DNA of 64,000 nt from a bacterium (lineage in GTDB: Bacteria; SZUA-182; DTGQ01; JAFGSM01): NCBI GenBank assembly GCA_049472335.1, contig JBLIRO010000016.1:1-64000 (forward strand), read 5' to 3'. Below the pieces are notes generated by a model that was not told the DNA's origin, ran no database searches, and saw only the letters and a program-made list of their open reading frames with translations. A program made the translations under genes and the position numbers. Positions 40,234-50,612 of this stretch are shown in pieces (within the stretch, counting starts at the first letter, position 1; each line of letters begins with the position of its first letter).

Positions 40234-41262
40234 ATGGGAAAAAATTTGATGGATACGGGTATTATAAAAAAAACAAACCTCAAAAAGGTTATAGAAGGAC
40301 TCCTTCAGTTGGGAGATGTCATAGCTCCGACACGTCAAGACGACATAACTTTATTTACTGCCGTTAAGTCTGCCGATGAGATAAACCTCGACTACATCAA
40401 TACAAAACTCAGCCCCAAGGGCTGTTTTTTCCCGCAGACAGAGGTGCTCTTTTATTATGAAAAGAAGGATCATAAAATCACTCCACCCCCTGAAGATAAA
40501 AGGCCAGGATTTTTTTTGGGTGTTCGCCCCTGTGATGCCAGGGCATTGGCTATGCTGGACCCCGTTTTTGATGATCCTCAATACAAGGACATTCCGTATA
40601 TTAACAGACGTAAAAATACGATTATCATCGGCTTGGCATGCACCAATCCTCAAAGCACCTGTTTTTGCCCCTCAACGGGCGGCAATCCCCTGGATACAAC
40701 AGGAATGGATATAATCTGGCAAGACCTCGGCGACCGTTATCTTGTAAAAGGCATAACTGACCGCGGGAAAAAAATCCTTCCAGAAATACAAGGGATTGAA
40801 AAGGCAGGACCTAAGGATATCAAGGAGGCTGAAGAAAAGGCCAGGAAGATTATTTCACAGATCAAACCTGCTTTTGAGGCTTCAAAGATTGCAGAAAAAC
40901 TACAGTCATCTTTCGATGATCCCGTATGGCAGAACATTCATGAAAGATGTCTGGGATGTGCCACATGCACATTTGTATGCCCAACATGTCATTGTTTCGA
41001 TATTCAGGATGAGAATTGCCATGAGAAAGGTAAAAGAGTAAGATTATGGGACTCCTGCATGTTTCCGTTATTTACTCTTCATGCCTCCGGACATAATCCC
41101 AGGACTTCAGGAAAGGAACGTATGCGGCAGAGGATCATGCATAAGTTCAGCTATTTTAATACCAAAAACGGACAGATTGCCTGTGTGGGCTGTGGAAGAT
41201 GTATCAGGGAATGTCCGGTTAATCTGGATATTAGAGAGATACTCTCTGTCTATAGTCCATGA
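40234..41262 (+). CDS. flxB: FlxB-like (AsrA-type) Fe-S protein
   Basis: RPCDA, CFC, CLGCATCTFVCPTCHCF, WDSC and CVGCGRCIRECP. Confidence 0.85.
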   Translation: MGKNLMDTGIIKKTNLKKVIEGLLQLGDVIAPTRQDDITLFTAVKSADEINLDYINTKLSPKGCFFPQTEVLFYYEKKDHKITPPPEDKRPGFFLGVRPCDARALAMLDPVFDDPQYKDIPYINRRKNTIIIGLACTNPQSTCFCPSTGGNPLDTTGMDIIWQDLGDRYLVKGITDRGKKILPEIQGIEKAGPKDIKEAEEKARKIISQIKPAFEASKIAEKLQSSFDDPVWQNIHERCLGCATCTFVCPTCHCFDIQDENCHEKGKRVRLWDSCMFPLFTLHASGHNPRTSGKERMRQRIMHKFSYFNTKNGQIACVGCGRCIRECPVNLDIREILSVYSP

Positions 41263-41321
41263 TTATTAAATCTATCTGGTATATGTTACTGTACGAATGT
41301 TTGTTTTTATTGAGGTAAAAA

Positions 41322-42161
41322 ATGGAAAATCCCTACTTGCCCAAAAGGGTTAAGATCGAAAAGATTATTGATGAAACCGCAGGGAAGGATATAAAGACCT
41401 TTGTTCTGTCCTTTCTCGATCCCAAAGATTCAGATGCATTTTCATACCGGCCGGGTCAATTCGCCGAGATATCTATCGCCGGCGCCGGGGAAATCCCCAT
41501 TGGTATTGCCTCTTCCCCCTCAGAAGGTGCGGAATTAAAATTTACGGTAAAAAGGATGGGAGTAGTCACCTCTGATTTACATAATTCTTCCCCCGAAAGG
41601 ATCATCGGCCTGAGAGGACCATACGGAAACGGCTTTCCCATTGATGAATTAAAGGGCAAGCATATTGTCATCATCGGAGGTGGATTTGCCTTTACCACAC
41701 TGCGATCCCTTGCCGTTTATCTGATGGATGAATCCCGCAGAAAGGATTATGGAGACATAACCATCATCTATGGAGCCAGAACCCCTGGTGATATTATATA
41801 CCGGGGAGAGCTTGAAGCCTGGTCTTCCCGGGATGATTTAAATGTTCATATCACTGTTGACAAGGGAGACACTAACTGGCGAGGGAAAGAGGGTTTCGTC
41901 CCTCCACTGGTCAAGGAAGTGGTTTATACCTCAGATAATGCCATAGCCCTGGTTTGCGGTCCGCCTATTATGATCAAGCTGACCATCCCTATACTTTCTG
42001 AACTGGGTTTTTCTCCGGACAGAATCCTGAATTCATTGGAGATGAGGATGAAGTGTGGAATCGGCAAATGCGGCCGTTGCAACATAGGAGACAAGTATGT
42101 CTGCAAAGACGGCCCTGTCTTTACCTATGAGGAACTGCAGAAACTCCCCCAGGAATATTGA
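41322..42161 (+). CDS. flxA: FlxA-like FAD/NAD-binding [2Fe-2S] subunit
   Basis: PGQF, RGPYGNGF, GGGF, CGPPIM and MKCGIGKCGRC..C. Confidence 0.88.
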   Translation: MENPYLPKRVKIEKIIDETAGKDIKTFVLSFLDPKDSDAFSYRPGQFAEISIAGAGEIPIGIASSPSEGAELKFTVKRMGVVTSDLHNSSPERIIGLRGPYGNGFPIDELKGKHIVIIGGGFAFTTLRSLAVYLMDESRRKDYGDITIIYGARTPGDIIYRGELEAWSSRDDLNVHITVDKGDTNWRGKEGFVPPLVKEVVYTSDNAIALVCGPPIMIKLTIPILSELGFSPDRILNSLEMRMKCGIGKCGRCNIGDKYVCKDGPVFTYEELQKLPQEY

Positions 42162-42247
42162 TCTTTTTAAATAGGATTGCCTTTTTATACTATATATTGT
42201 GGTTACATCATCCAAATGGATACCCCAATAAATAATATTTCTTATTT

Positions 42248-42964
42248 TTATTTCATAAAATTAAAACCCATTGCTAAACTAAGCCAAAGATTTTCTTCAT
42301 ATTTCCATTTTTCGCCTTCTTCTCCTCCTAAGTGATCAATACCAAAGATCAATCCAATTTGAAAGTTACTTTTTGTTTTAAAACCATAACCAATGGCTGC
42401 AGAAAAGCCTGTTCTTTGGTCTAAATCTTCAGAATTTGTCTTAGATATTGGAATTAGGGCAAGCCCCCCAGAAAAAAAAATGGCCCTTTCACCTAAGATT
42501 CCCTCAGATTTTACTCCCATATAATATCCTATTGTTGCTTCACCTGTTAATCTTCCATCAGTGGTTCTATACTTAAATGGAACTACTAATGGACCATGAC
42601 TTATTCCGTATTTCAAAAAATAACTTCCACATTTCATATTATTTTTGTGAATTTTATAAATATTATTTTCAGAAACTGTTTCATAATTGTTTCTTGTAAC
42701 TTCAGATTTTATTATTTTTTTAAATATTATTCTATAATAATCATCTTGCTCTTGCTGTAAGAAGGTAAATGTTGAACCTGTTCCCGCAGAAAATATCTTA
42801 TTTAGGTCATTCATATCTTCATTTTCATTTTTAAATCCATAAACTGAAGTCCTTAATTTATATTTACCATTTAATAAATCATTTCCATTAGAATTCCTAA
42901 TTGAACAGTTTAAAAACGCAATAATTATTACAAATGCAATTAGTGTTTTTTTCATTATTTTCAC
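42248..42964 (-). CDS. AT-rich hypothetical exported protein, possible small beta-barrel
   Basis: Signal peptide; Gly/aromatic beta-strand pattern ending LSLAMGFNF. Confidence 0.7.
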   Translation of the reverse strand: MKIMKKTLIAFVIIIAFLNCSIRNSNGNDLLNGKYKLRTSVYGFKNENEDMNDLNKIFSAGTGSTFTFLQQEQDDYYRIIFKKIIKSEVTRNNYETVSENNIYKIHKNNMKCGSYFLKYGISHGPLVVPFKYRTTDGRLTGEATIGYYMGVKSEGILGERAIFFSGGLALIPISKTNSEDLDQRTGFSAAIGYGFKTKSNFQIGLIFGIDHLGGEEGEKWKYEENLWLSLAMGFNFMK

Positions 42965-43839
42965 CTTTTTATATTTATTCCCATTTTATTTTTCTATTCT
43001 TTATAATAAATAATATGGTTAATTTGACTTATCATAGATTCACCTCCTAACAAGCTGAAAAACTATTTGATTTTGCAGCATAAAATTGCTATTTTTTCCT
43101 AAAAAAATAAAGTAATAAATTATTAAAGATATATTTGTACTTAATTACAGGAAATTCATTTTAATAAAAAGTAAACCAGGCGAAAAGCAAGCCTATTAAC
43201 ACAATCGCAATATAACATTTATAATTACAAATTTTAAACTTTGTCAATATGATAAAATGATTTATTTTGTTTATTTAAAACTATATAATTTCAATCTTTG
43301 TTTAAGATTTAAGATTGACTGTGACTTTTACTATTTAAAATACACTTTAAGTTTTTTTATTTTGCCTATAATAAATAAAAATGAATCATGTAAGCTTGGA
43401 TTTTTCTTGTAAGGATATAAAAAAATATTTATTAGGAAAGTCCGAAAACGGTCTCACCAAATACCAGACTGGACCTTGCTCTTCATTATAAAAGTTAAAA
43501 TATAATGTGATTATTTATGCACAATCAATTTTGTATTTGCAAATATTTACATATTTAAATATTTTAATTATAATTATTTCCTAATTATATCAATATTATT
43601 ATTCTACATTGATTATTTCAAATATATTTTATTCAAGTACGATTCTTGCGTCATATCACATCTGAAGAAAAAACAACAAAAAGAAATAGTTCTTATTTTT
43701 TAAATCACCCTGCCCTTTTTGGGAGGGAGTGAGCAGTCCAAGTGTTGAAAGTTGGTTTCTGGCGGGCTTCATTAATTTAAAACGCTTTACAAATTACGTG
43801 GAGTTTTGTTTTATTTAATTTTAACAGGAGACCATCAAG

Positions 43840-44700
43840 ATGAAAACCAAAATTTCCATCTGGACAATTTCAGCATTAATAATGATTATTATATTTTCTG
43901 TGACTGCATCCGCACAGATGAATATACCCGCCTCTGAAAAAGCCAAGGAGATTTCGAAGGCATCAGATAACTCGCCTGTGATAAAAAAAACAGGGAATAA
44001 TTTTGTTTTAATCCCACCGGGATTGGAAAAGAAGACATTCATACATTACTCAAAACCGGACCCTGAATGCGGGAATGGGATATGTGAGCCGGGCGAAAAG
44101 AAGACATGTCCCGCTGATTGTGAATCAACCACAACAGATAGCGCATGTTATGAGGCTCTCGGAAGAAGTGTAAAATGGAAAAATCCGCCAGTAAAATATT
44201 TCATAAATCCAACAAATCTGGATGGTTTATCTACAGAATTTATTACTGATGCAATCACTTCAGGAACCGGGGAATGGAATTTACATGCAAAGGATACTCT
44301 TTTTGGCGACTACTCAATCGATCTCAACGCTACATTGGACATAGATATCCCGGATGGAAAAAATGAGATAGTCTTCGGATATTACCCGGAAGAAAATACA
44401 ATAGCAATTACTCAGGTCTGGGGTTATTTTTCTGGACCACCCTCGACAAGAAGAATCATTGAATTCGATATACTCTTTAATATTATCTATATATGGGGAG
44501 ATGCGACCAAGGATTCAACACGTATGGATTTACAGGATATAGCAACACATGAGCTGGGACACGCTGTTGGTTTGGCTGACTTATATGAGATGTCTTGTTC
44601 GGAAGAGACCATGTATGGTTACTCTGTTGAAGGGGAAACCAAAAAAAGGGATTTAAATGACGGTGACATTACAGGACTACAAAAATTATATGGAAAATGA
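43840..44700 (+). CDS. Secreted matrixin-like (M10-type) zinc metalloprotease
   Basis: Signal peptide, HELGHAVGLAD and Met-turn ETMYG; Cys motif CGNGICEPGE..CPADC. Confidence 0.85.
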   Translation: MKTKISIWTISALIMIIIFSVTASAQMNIPASEKAKEISKASDNSPVIKKTGNNFVLIPPGLEKKTFIHYSKPDPECGNGICEPGEKKTCPADCESTTTDSACYEALGRSVKWKNPPVKYFINPTNLDGLSTEFITDAITSGTGEWNLHAKDTLFGDYSIDLNATLDIDIPDGKNEIVFGYYPEENTIAITQVWGYFSGPPSTRRIIEFDILFNIIYIWGDATKDSTRMDLQDIATHELGHAVGLADLYEMSCSEETMYGYSVEGETKKRDLNDGDITGLQKLYGK

Positions 44701-44741
44701 TTAGACCAAAAAGGAAGGGTTGGATATTTAAATATCTATAG

Positions 44742-46394
44742 CTAAGGATTTTTTCGAAACTGGACTAGATCCAACTTATGTTTGCTAATTAGCTGAGCGA
44801 GCCAGGAGCGGTTAATTTTTGCTTGCAGGGCGGCTTTTGACACATTACCCCTGGTGCTGGCCATCAATTCCATCAAAAACGCCCTTTCAACCCTTTCTTC
44901 CGCCTTTTTACGCTCCGCGGTTTTAGTTGCCTTTAACTCATTATTGTTTCTGGGCACTATAAAAGACTCTCCGCAATCGGCAGAAATATCGACCGAAGAT
45001 TTTGAGCGGCATATCTCTTTCGGAAGGACATCGCTTCCTATTATTCCGCCCTTTGTCAGTATGATCGCCCTTTCTATTATATGTTTCAACTCCCTTACGT
45101 TACCGGGATAGTCATAGTTATATAAAATATTGTGGACAGTATCATCCACTCCCAGGACCTGTTTTCCTAATCTTTTTATATTGGATTTAATAAAATGATC
45201 AATAAGAACAGGGATGTCACCTCTGCGTTCACGCAGCGGCGGTATCTCTATTTCAAAGACCTTAAGTCGAAAAAATAGGTCCTGCCTGAATTTTGTACAC
45301 TTTACCAGCTCATTTAAATCCTGATGAGTGGCAGCGATTATACGCACATCCACGGGAATTTCCTGATTGCTGCCCAAACGTTGTATAACTCCCTCTTCAA
45401 GAACCCGTAACAACTTTACTTGAAGATTTAATGGCATATCACCTATTTCATCCAAAAGCAGTGTTCCTCCGTCTGCCTCCTCAAAACGACCTATTCTTCT
45501 CGAAGTTGCTGTTGTAAATGCACCCTTTTCATGCCCGAAGAGTTCACTCTCTAATAGGTTTTCAGGAATGGCACCGCAGTTTATTGCCACAAAATTTCTT
45601 GATGAACGAGGGCTGTTATTATGTATTGCTTGAGCAATCAATTCCTTACCAGTACCTGTCTCTCCGAATATTAATACTGTGGAGTCGGTTAGTGAAACCT
45701 GCTCGGCCTTTTTGATAACATCTAGAATCTTCTTACTGTTCCCGATGATTGTATCGAAATTATATTTTTCCTTAATATATTGTTTTAACTCGGCATTTTG
45801 ACGTCTTAAAAAGGCTTCGGCTTTTTTTAAATCATGATACAGGGTTGCGTTCTCAATGGAGATTGCGATATTACCGGCCATCGACATTAAAAGGTTTTTA
45901 TCATTTTCTGTGAACGGTCCGTCTTTTTTATTTATTGTTTCAATTACACCCAATATTCCTCTTTTTACGCATAAAGGAACACACAAAAGCGATTTCGTTT
46001 TATATCCGGTCCTTTCATCAACTTCTCTGTAAAAGCGGGGGTCTTTATCAACTTCATTAACCAAAGCCGGCTTGCATTCACGAAGGACCCAGCCGGCAAT
46101 ACCAAGATCACAGGAGAAAAAAAGATTTCTCAATCTGGATTCCAATTCTTGCGTCTCTTCTGCAACAATTGGAAAATACAGGCTTTTTTTCTTTTCATCC
46201 CAGAAGATAATAGATGCTCCCTCAACATTTAATAATTCTTTAGTCTTCTGCAGGATTAATTTTAAGAGCTGATCTATATCAATACTATAATTAAGGGTGC
46301 TTGAAATTTCATAAAGAGCGGATAACCGGGTAATTCTTCTTTCCAGATCCGTATCGATTAAATTTAAGTTCTCTTGTATTCCTAAATAATGCAT
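44742..46394 (-). CDS. GAF-domain sigma54-dependent transcriptional activator
   Basis: GAF domain, [37 protein letters not shown] and a Fis-type HTH. Confidence 0.93.
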   Translation of the reverse strand: MHYLGIQENLNLIDTDLERRITRLSALYEISSTLNYSIDIDQLLKLILQKTKELLNVEGASIIFWDEKKKSLYFPIVAEETQELESRLRNLFFSCDLGIAGWVLRECKPALVNEVDKDPRFYREVDERTGYKTKSLLCVPLCVKRGILGVIETINKKDGPFTENDKNLLMSMAGNIAISIENATLYHDLKKAEAFLRRQNAELKQYIKEKYNFDTIIGNSKKILDVIKKAEQVSLTDSTVLIFGETGTGKELIAQAIHNNSPRSSRNFVAINCGAIPENLLESELFGHEKGAFTTATSRRIGRFEEADGGTLLLDEIGDMPLNLQVKLLRVLEEGVIQRLGSNQEIPVDVRIIAATHQDLNELVKCTKFRQDLFFRLKVFEIEIPPLRERRGDIPVLIDHFIKSNIKRLGKQVLGVDDTVHNILYNYDYPGNVRELKHIIERAIILTKGGIIGSDVLPKEICRSKSSVDISADCGESFIVPRNNNELKATKTAERKKAEERVERAFLMELMASTRGNVSKAALQAKINRSWLAQLISKHKLDLVQFRKNP

Positions 46395-46430
46395 AATATT
46401 ATATCCTCATTAATTCTGATTTATTATTAG

Positions 46431-46447
46431 AGCAAATAATATGCCAA
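46431..46447 (-). promoter_or_regulatory. sigma54 -24/-12 promoter
   Basis: Minus strand TTGGCATATTATTTGCT = GG-N10-GC, about 37 bp upstream of the activator ATG. Confidence 0.72.
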
Positions 46448-46565
46448 TTTTTTTTAAACATCTTTTAATTGCAGGGCTGACAATGAATTCTCATATAATT
46501 TAAGTATTTTAATGAAAGACAAATTTTTTTACCGAATGGATTTTGTAAAAATACAGAGGAATTAT

Positions 46566-46658
46566 TGTTAGATATTTTATAACAATGGTACTAAATAGCT
46601 TAATATTAAAGATTGTTCAGGGTGTTAGCAAATAACTAATGTTAGTAAATATATAACA
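46566..46658. promoter_or_regulatory. Candidate upstream activator sites TGTTAG-N7-ATAACA
   Basis: Two copies (46566-46584, 46640-46658) and a partial third (46623), about 120-210 bp from the sigma54 promoter. Confidence 0.5.
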
Positions 46659-46763
46659 ATATTTCTGAAAATATATTGCTCATAATAAATAAAAAGGATA
46701 GCAATCATTAAATACTATAAGGATTGGGCAGAAAATTAAACTCTTTCTAAAAGAGAGATCGGA

Positions 46764-47153
46764 TTATTTATTAAGAAGCCTTTCTACCGCCTTTAGCAAG
46801 GCTTCAGGCTTTGCCGGTTTTTCAATGTAATCTTCAGCATCAAGATTCATACCCCGGGAAACAGCGAGAGTCGTTTCTCCTTTTCTTTCACCGAAACTTG
46901 TGAGCATAACAATAGGTATCCCGGAGAGTTCTTTGTCTTTCTTTAATTGTTCGGCAACAGAAAAACCATCTTTTACCGGCATAATAATGTCCAGGATAAT
47001 AAGATCCGGTTTTTCATCCCTCGCCTTTTTCAGGCCTTCGTCACCATTACATGCCACACTTATTTTATAATTTCGGCTTTCCAGCACGGTTTTTGTTGCA
47101 TTCACGAAATCGATATCATCATCGATCAGAAGGATTTTTGATTGTCTTTCCAT
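46764..47153 (-). CDS. Stand-alone response regulator receiver
   Basis: LLIDDD, LDIIMP and EKP. Confidence 0.92.
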   Translation of the reverse strand: MERQSKILLIDDDIDFVNATKTVLESRNYKISVACNGDEGLKKARDEKPDLIILDIIMPVKDGFSVAEQLKKDKELSGIPIVMLTSFGERKGETTLAVSRGMNLDAEDYIEKPAKPEALLKAVERLLNK

Positions 47154-47183
47154 TCAAATAGCCCCTTTCATTTAAATATCTTG

Positions 47184-47594
47184 CTAATTATATTTAAGAT
47201 TTTTTTTAAGCAATTTTTCTACACGTTTCAGAAGGATCTCAGGGTTAATTGGCTTTTCCACATAGTCGTTCACCCCTAGTTCCATACCGGTTTCCAGTTC
47301 GTAGCGCCGGCGGCTGGGCTCCTCCCTGACAGAAGATAAAATAAGAATAGGGATATCGGAATATTTCGACCAACGTGGGTCCTTAAGCTCCCTGCACACA
47401 GAGAATCCATCCATTCTGGGCATCAAAAGGTCCAGGATAATCAAGTCCGGCCTTTCCTCTTTCACTTTTGACAACCCTTCAACACCGTTGTTTGCCGTCA
47501 ATATTTCATAATCCTTGGCCTCAAGGATTGTGGTAAGCGCAATTTGTATATCAGGATCATCATCCACTACAAGTATTTTATATCTGTTTTTCAT
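47184..47594 (-). CDS. Stand-alone response regulator receiver
   Basis: LVVDDD, LDLLMP and EKP. Confidence 0.92.
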   Translation of the reverse strand: MKNRYKILVVDDDPDIQIALTTILEAKDYEILTANNGVEGLSKVKEERPDLIILDLLMPRMDGFSVCRELKDPRWSKYSDIPILILSSVREEPSRRRYELETGMELGVNDYVEKPINPEILLKRVEKLLKKNLKYN

Positions 47595-47604
47595 TTAAAT
47601 CTCC

Positions 47605-48522
47605 TTATACCATAGGCCGTGGCAATAGGCCTGACCTCTCAATTATTATAGGAACACTATCTTCCCATCCCACAGCCATAATATGTATACCATGCACTCC
47701 CTCTATTTCCTTTATTTGTTCTATTATCTCTATTACAATGTTCAACCCCTCCTCCTTTGCATTTTTGGCATCCTCCATACGGCTAAGGACTCTATCTGGT
47801 ATGCTTACTCCGGAAACATAATCGCGCATATATCTCGCCATACCAACTGATTTAATTGGAATAATGCCTGCGAGGATATGAGTTTGCTCATGCATTCCCT
47901 TATCAACAACCATATCCATCCATTTCTGAAATTTGGGTACATCATAAATAGCCTGGGTCTGAATGAAGTCAGCACCCGCAAGAATCTTTTTTGCAAGCCT
48001 TTTTACTCTAAAATCAAAAGGATCAGCGTAAGGATTTTCCGCTGCCCCAATATAGAGAGGGACCTCCCCTGATACATCTTCCCCGCAAAGAAATTTCCGT
48101 TCATCCCTCATTTTCTTTAATGTATAAATAAGCTGAATGGAATCCAGATCAAAAACATTCTTGGCAGTGGGATGGTTTCCGAACCTCTGATGGTCACCTG
48201 AAAGGCATAGAAAATTTCCAATGCCGAGCGCCACCGCACCCATTATATCGCTTTGAATGGCAATACGATTTCTGTCACGACAAACAATCTGCATTACGGG
48301 ATCAATGCCCAGGCCCTTGAGAATAACGCATCCGGCCATACTTGACATCCTTGTAATTGCGGTCTGATTATCGGTAATATTCAGAGAATCCGTATAATTT
48401 TTAAGCAATTCACCTTTACGCTCCACTACTTTAGCTGAGCAGCTTTTCGGGGGGCCTACTTCTGCGGTTACTGCAAAGGCTCCGCTTTCTAAAATTTTTT
48501 CCAGATTAGTACCTGCTTTCAT
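47605..48522 (-). CDS. metF: Methylenetetrahydrofolate reductase MetF (second copy)
   Basis: EVGPPK, NITDNQ, CRDRNR, LSGDH and GADFIQTQ; GGGAGG RBS before 48522. Confidence 0.94.
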   Translation of the reverse strand: MKAGTNLEKILESGAFAVTAEVGPPKSCSAKVVERKGELLKNYTDSLNITDNQTAITRMSSMAGCVILKGLGIDPVMQIVCRDRNRIAIQSDIMGAVALGIGNFLCLSGDHQRFGNHPTAKNVFDLDSIQLIYTLKKMRDERKFLCGEDVSGEVPLYIGAAENPYADPFDFRVKRLAKKILAGADFIQTQAIYDVPKFQKWMDMVVDKGMHEQTHILAGIIPIKSVGMARYMRDYVSGVSIPDRVLSRMEDAKNAKEEGLNIVIEIIEQIKEIEGVHGIHIMAVGWEDSVPIIIERSGLLPRPMV

Positions 48523-48643
48523 AAATAAGCCTCCCTTGTTCCGTATTACAACATTATTGTTTTGTAGCATTTTAATTGTTAAAAAAATGTGTTTATCTGT
48601 CTTAACGCCTAAGGGATAGGTTCTTAAAACAATTAAAATGTAC

Positions 48644-49894
48644 TTATATTTTATATTTTATAGTATATGGTATAATGAAAGCAAATTTACTGCCTTTACC
48701 TGTTTCTTTACAAGGGCTTTGAACCCAAATCTTTCCTTTATGGGCGTCTATTATCCTTTTTACTATATATAGACCCAAACCTGTACCTGTCTGTTCCCCA
48801 ACATTAGTTGCCCTAAAAAACTCTTCAAACAGGTTCGGCAAATCCTTTTTTGGAATTCCTATCCCCTCATCGATAACCTCGAACCTTATATATCTTTTGG
48901 TCACTTTTATCCTAAAGGTAACCTTGGTTTTATCATCACTATATTTTATAGCATTACTCAGAAGATTAGACAATACCTGCTGGAGCCGGAGTGAGGAACT
49001 GCGTATCCGGGGCAGCTTCTTCGGCACTTCGGTTACCAGTTGGATATCCTTGGTTCTCGCCAGATCTCTTGTCATGTCCAGGCAGTTTTCCACAACCTTA
49101 TTCAGGGATATGTTTTCCAGTTCATCAAATATCTTGCCCACACCGACTCTGGTTACATCCAGAAGATCACTTATAAGATCCAAGAGATTGTCTATACGCT
49201 TACTGCTTCGCTCTATCATAGTTCGATGTTTTGGATTGAGCTCTCCTGCATAACCTCCGAGAATCACCCAGAGATAACTTTGAATGGCTTCTAAAGGTGC
49301 TTTCAGATCATGCGCTGCGATTCCAAAAAAATGCATGAATCGTTTCTTTTCTTCCGCCAGTTTTTCCATATGTGTGGTCAATTTCTTTAAATTCCTGCCT
49401 TGTGACTCATAAAGACGGGCTTTTTCAAGGGCTATGGCGCCGAGGCTGGCAGCAGCATCTAAAAATTCAATAGCTTCGTTGGAGAAAGTCCTCGGATTTA
49501 ACAGATAGATCATTATTACTCCAATAATCTCATTTTTTAGCCTGAAGGGAAATAAAAACACGGAAGTGATACCTTCATTTTTCGCCTCATCCGGGTACTT
49601 TATCCTTGAATCATTGGCCATATCAGGTATCCAAAAAGGTTCCCCTTTTAAGACTTCTGCGGTTATGGCGTCAATCTGATCAGACTCTTTTTTTATAAAC
49701 CATTCACCCAGGCCGTAGTCAACGGTATGCAAAAGCTTTTTTCCATCCGGAGAGAGAAGCATCAAGGCTGAACCCCTTGCTTCTATGACCTCTGTGATTT
49801 TCTGTACGATGGCTTTTAAAACTTTATTGGGATCCAGGCTGGAGTTGATCTCCATGGCAATCTTATAGAGTGCGCGGTGACAGACGTATATCAT
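48644..49894 (-). CDS. Cytoplasmic GAF-domain histidine kinase
   Basis: GAF domain, AAHDLKAPL, NAIKY, DEGIG and GTGLGL; no TM. Confidence 0.92.
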   Translation of the reverse strand: MIYVCHRALYKIAMEINSSLDPNKVLKAIVQKITEVIEARGSALMLLSPDGKKLLHTVDYGLGEWFIKKESDQIDAITAEVLKGEPFWIPDMANDSRIKYPDEAKNEGITSVFLFPFRLKNEIIGVIMIYLLNPRTFSNEAIEFLDAAASLGAIALEKARLYESQGRNLKKLTTHMEKLAEEKKRFMHFFGIAAHDLKAPLEAIQSYLWVILGGYAGELNPKHRTMIERSSKRIDNLLDLISDLLDVTRVGVGKIFDELENISLNKVVENCLDMTRDLARTKDIQLVTEVPKKLPRIRSSSLRLQQVLSNLLSNAIKYSDDKTKVTFRIKVTKRYIRFEVIDEGIGIPKKDLPNLFEEFFRATNVGEQTGTGLGLYIVKRIIDAHKGKIWVQSPCKETGKGSKFAFIIPYTIKYKI

Positions 49895-49899
49895 AAAGA

Positions 49900-50601
49900 T
49901 TATCCTCCGGAGGAAATTTCTTCGTCTTCCTCAGGGATCATTAATTCTTTTCTAATTATTCGCCGCGGGCCGGAAGCAGCAAATGACCTCCAATCACGGG
50001 GCGGATGAAAAACATCCAGGAGATCGAGCCTGTTTTGAGAAGCCAGACGGTCATGAATTTGCTGCCATGCGCAGGGTATGTCAGGAGAGATTTCGCATTT
50101 TCCATCAACGGAACCGCCACAAGGGCCATTAAAAAGGCTCTTGGCGCAACGGGTTAAAGGGCATATGCCACCGGTGAGATGGATGATACAATCTCCGCAG
50201 GCAAGGCATACCTCATTCCATTTCCCCGGCTCTTCAATAAGCCCTAAGAAGGTTGTATTTACTCCCGGCAATACCGGAACTGTCGGAAAATTTTCCGCCA
50301 CGGCCTGAGCCCCAATAGAACATGACAGGGAAAGGACCGCATCCGCCTCTTTGATTTTTTCTGCAATTGGTATTAAAAACTCCTTTTCGCATTGGCGTTT
50401 GATGGTTATTTCCTCGATAATTTTTTTATCTTTTTGTTCACGCTGTCTCAGGCGAATGGTAGAAGCCAGGTTGGCCACTTCCTTCTCGCCACCGGCAAAG
50501 CAAATCGTTACACAAGTGCCGCACCCTAAGATGATTATCTTCCGGTAATCTGCGATCATATCTTCTATTTCGTTTATTGTCTTCTGTTCACCTTTAATCA
50601 T
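49900..50601 (-). CDS. metV: MetV (second copy)
   Basis: GCGTCVTIC, RQCE, CLACGDC and CPLTRCAKSLFNGPCGG. Confidence 0.92.
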   Translation of the reverse strand: MIKGEQKTINEIEDMIADYRKIIILGCGTCVTICFAGGEKEVANLASTIRLRQREQKDKKIIEEITIKRQCEKEFLIPIAEKIKEADAVLSLSCSIGAQAVAENFPTVPVLPGVNTTFLGLIEEPGKWNEVCLACGDCIIHLTGGICPLTRCAKSLFNGPCGGSVDGKCEISPDIPCAWQQIHDRLASQNRLDLLDVFHPPRDWRSFAASGPRRIIRKELMIPEEDEEISSGG

Positions 50602-50612
50602 AGGATCACCCC

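Noticed and set aside
43634..43650. sigma54 promoter CAAGTACGATTCTTGC
   Set aside because: The -24 element is AG rather than the invariant GG.
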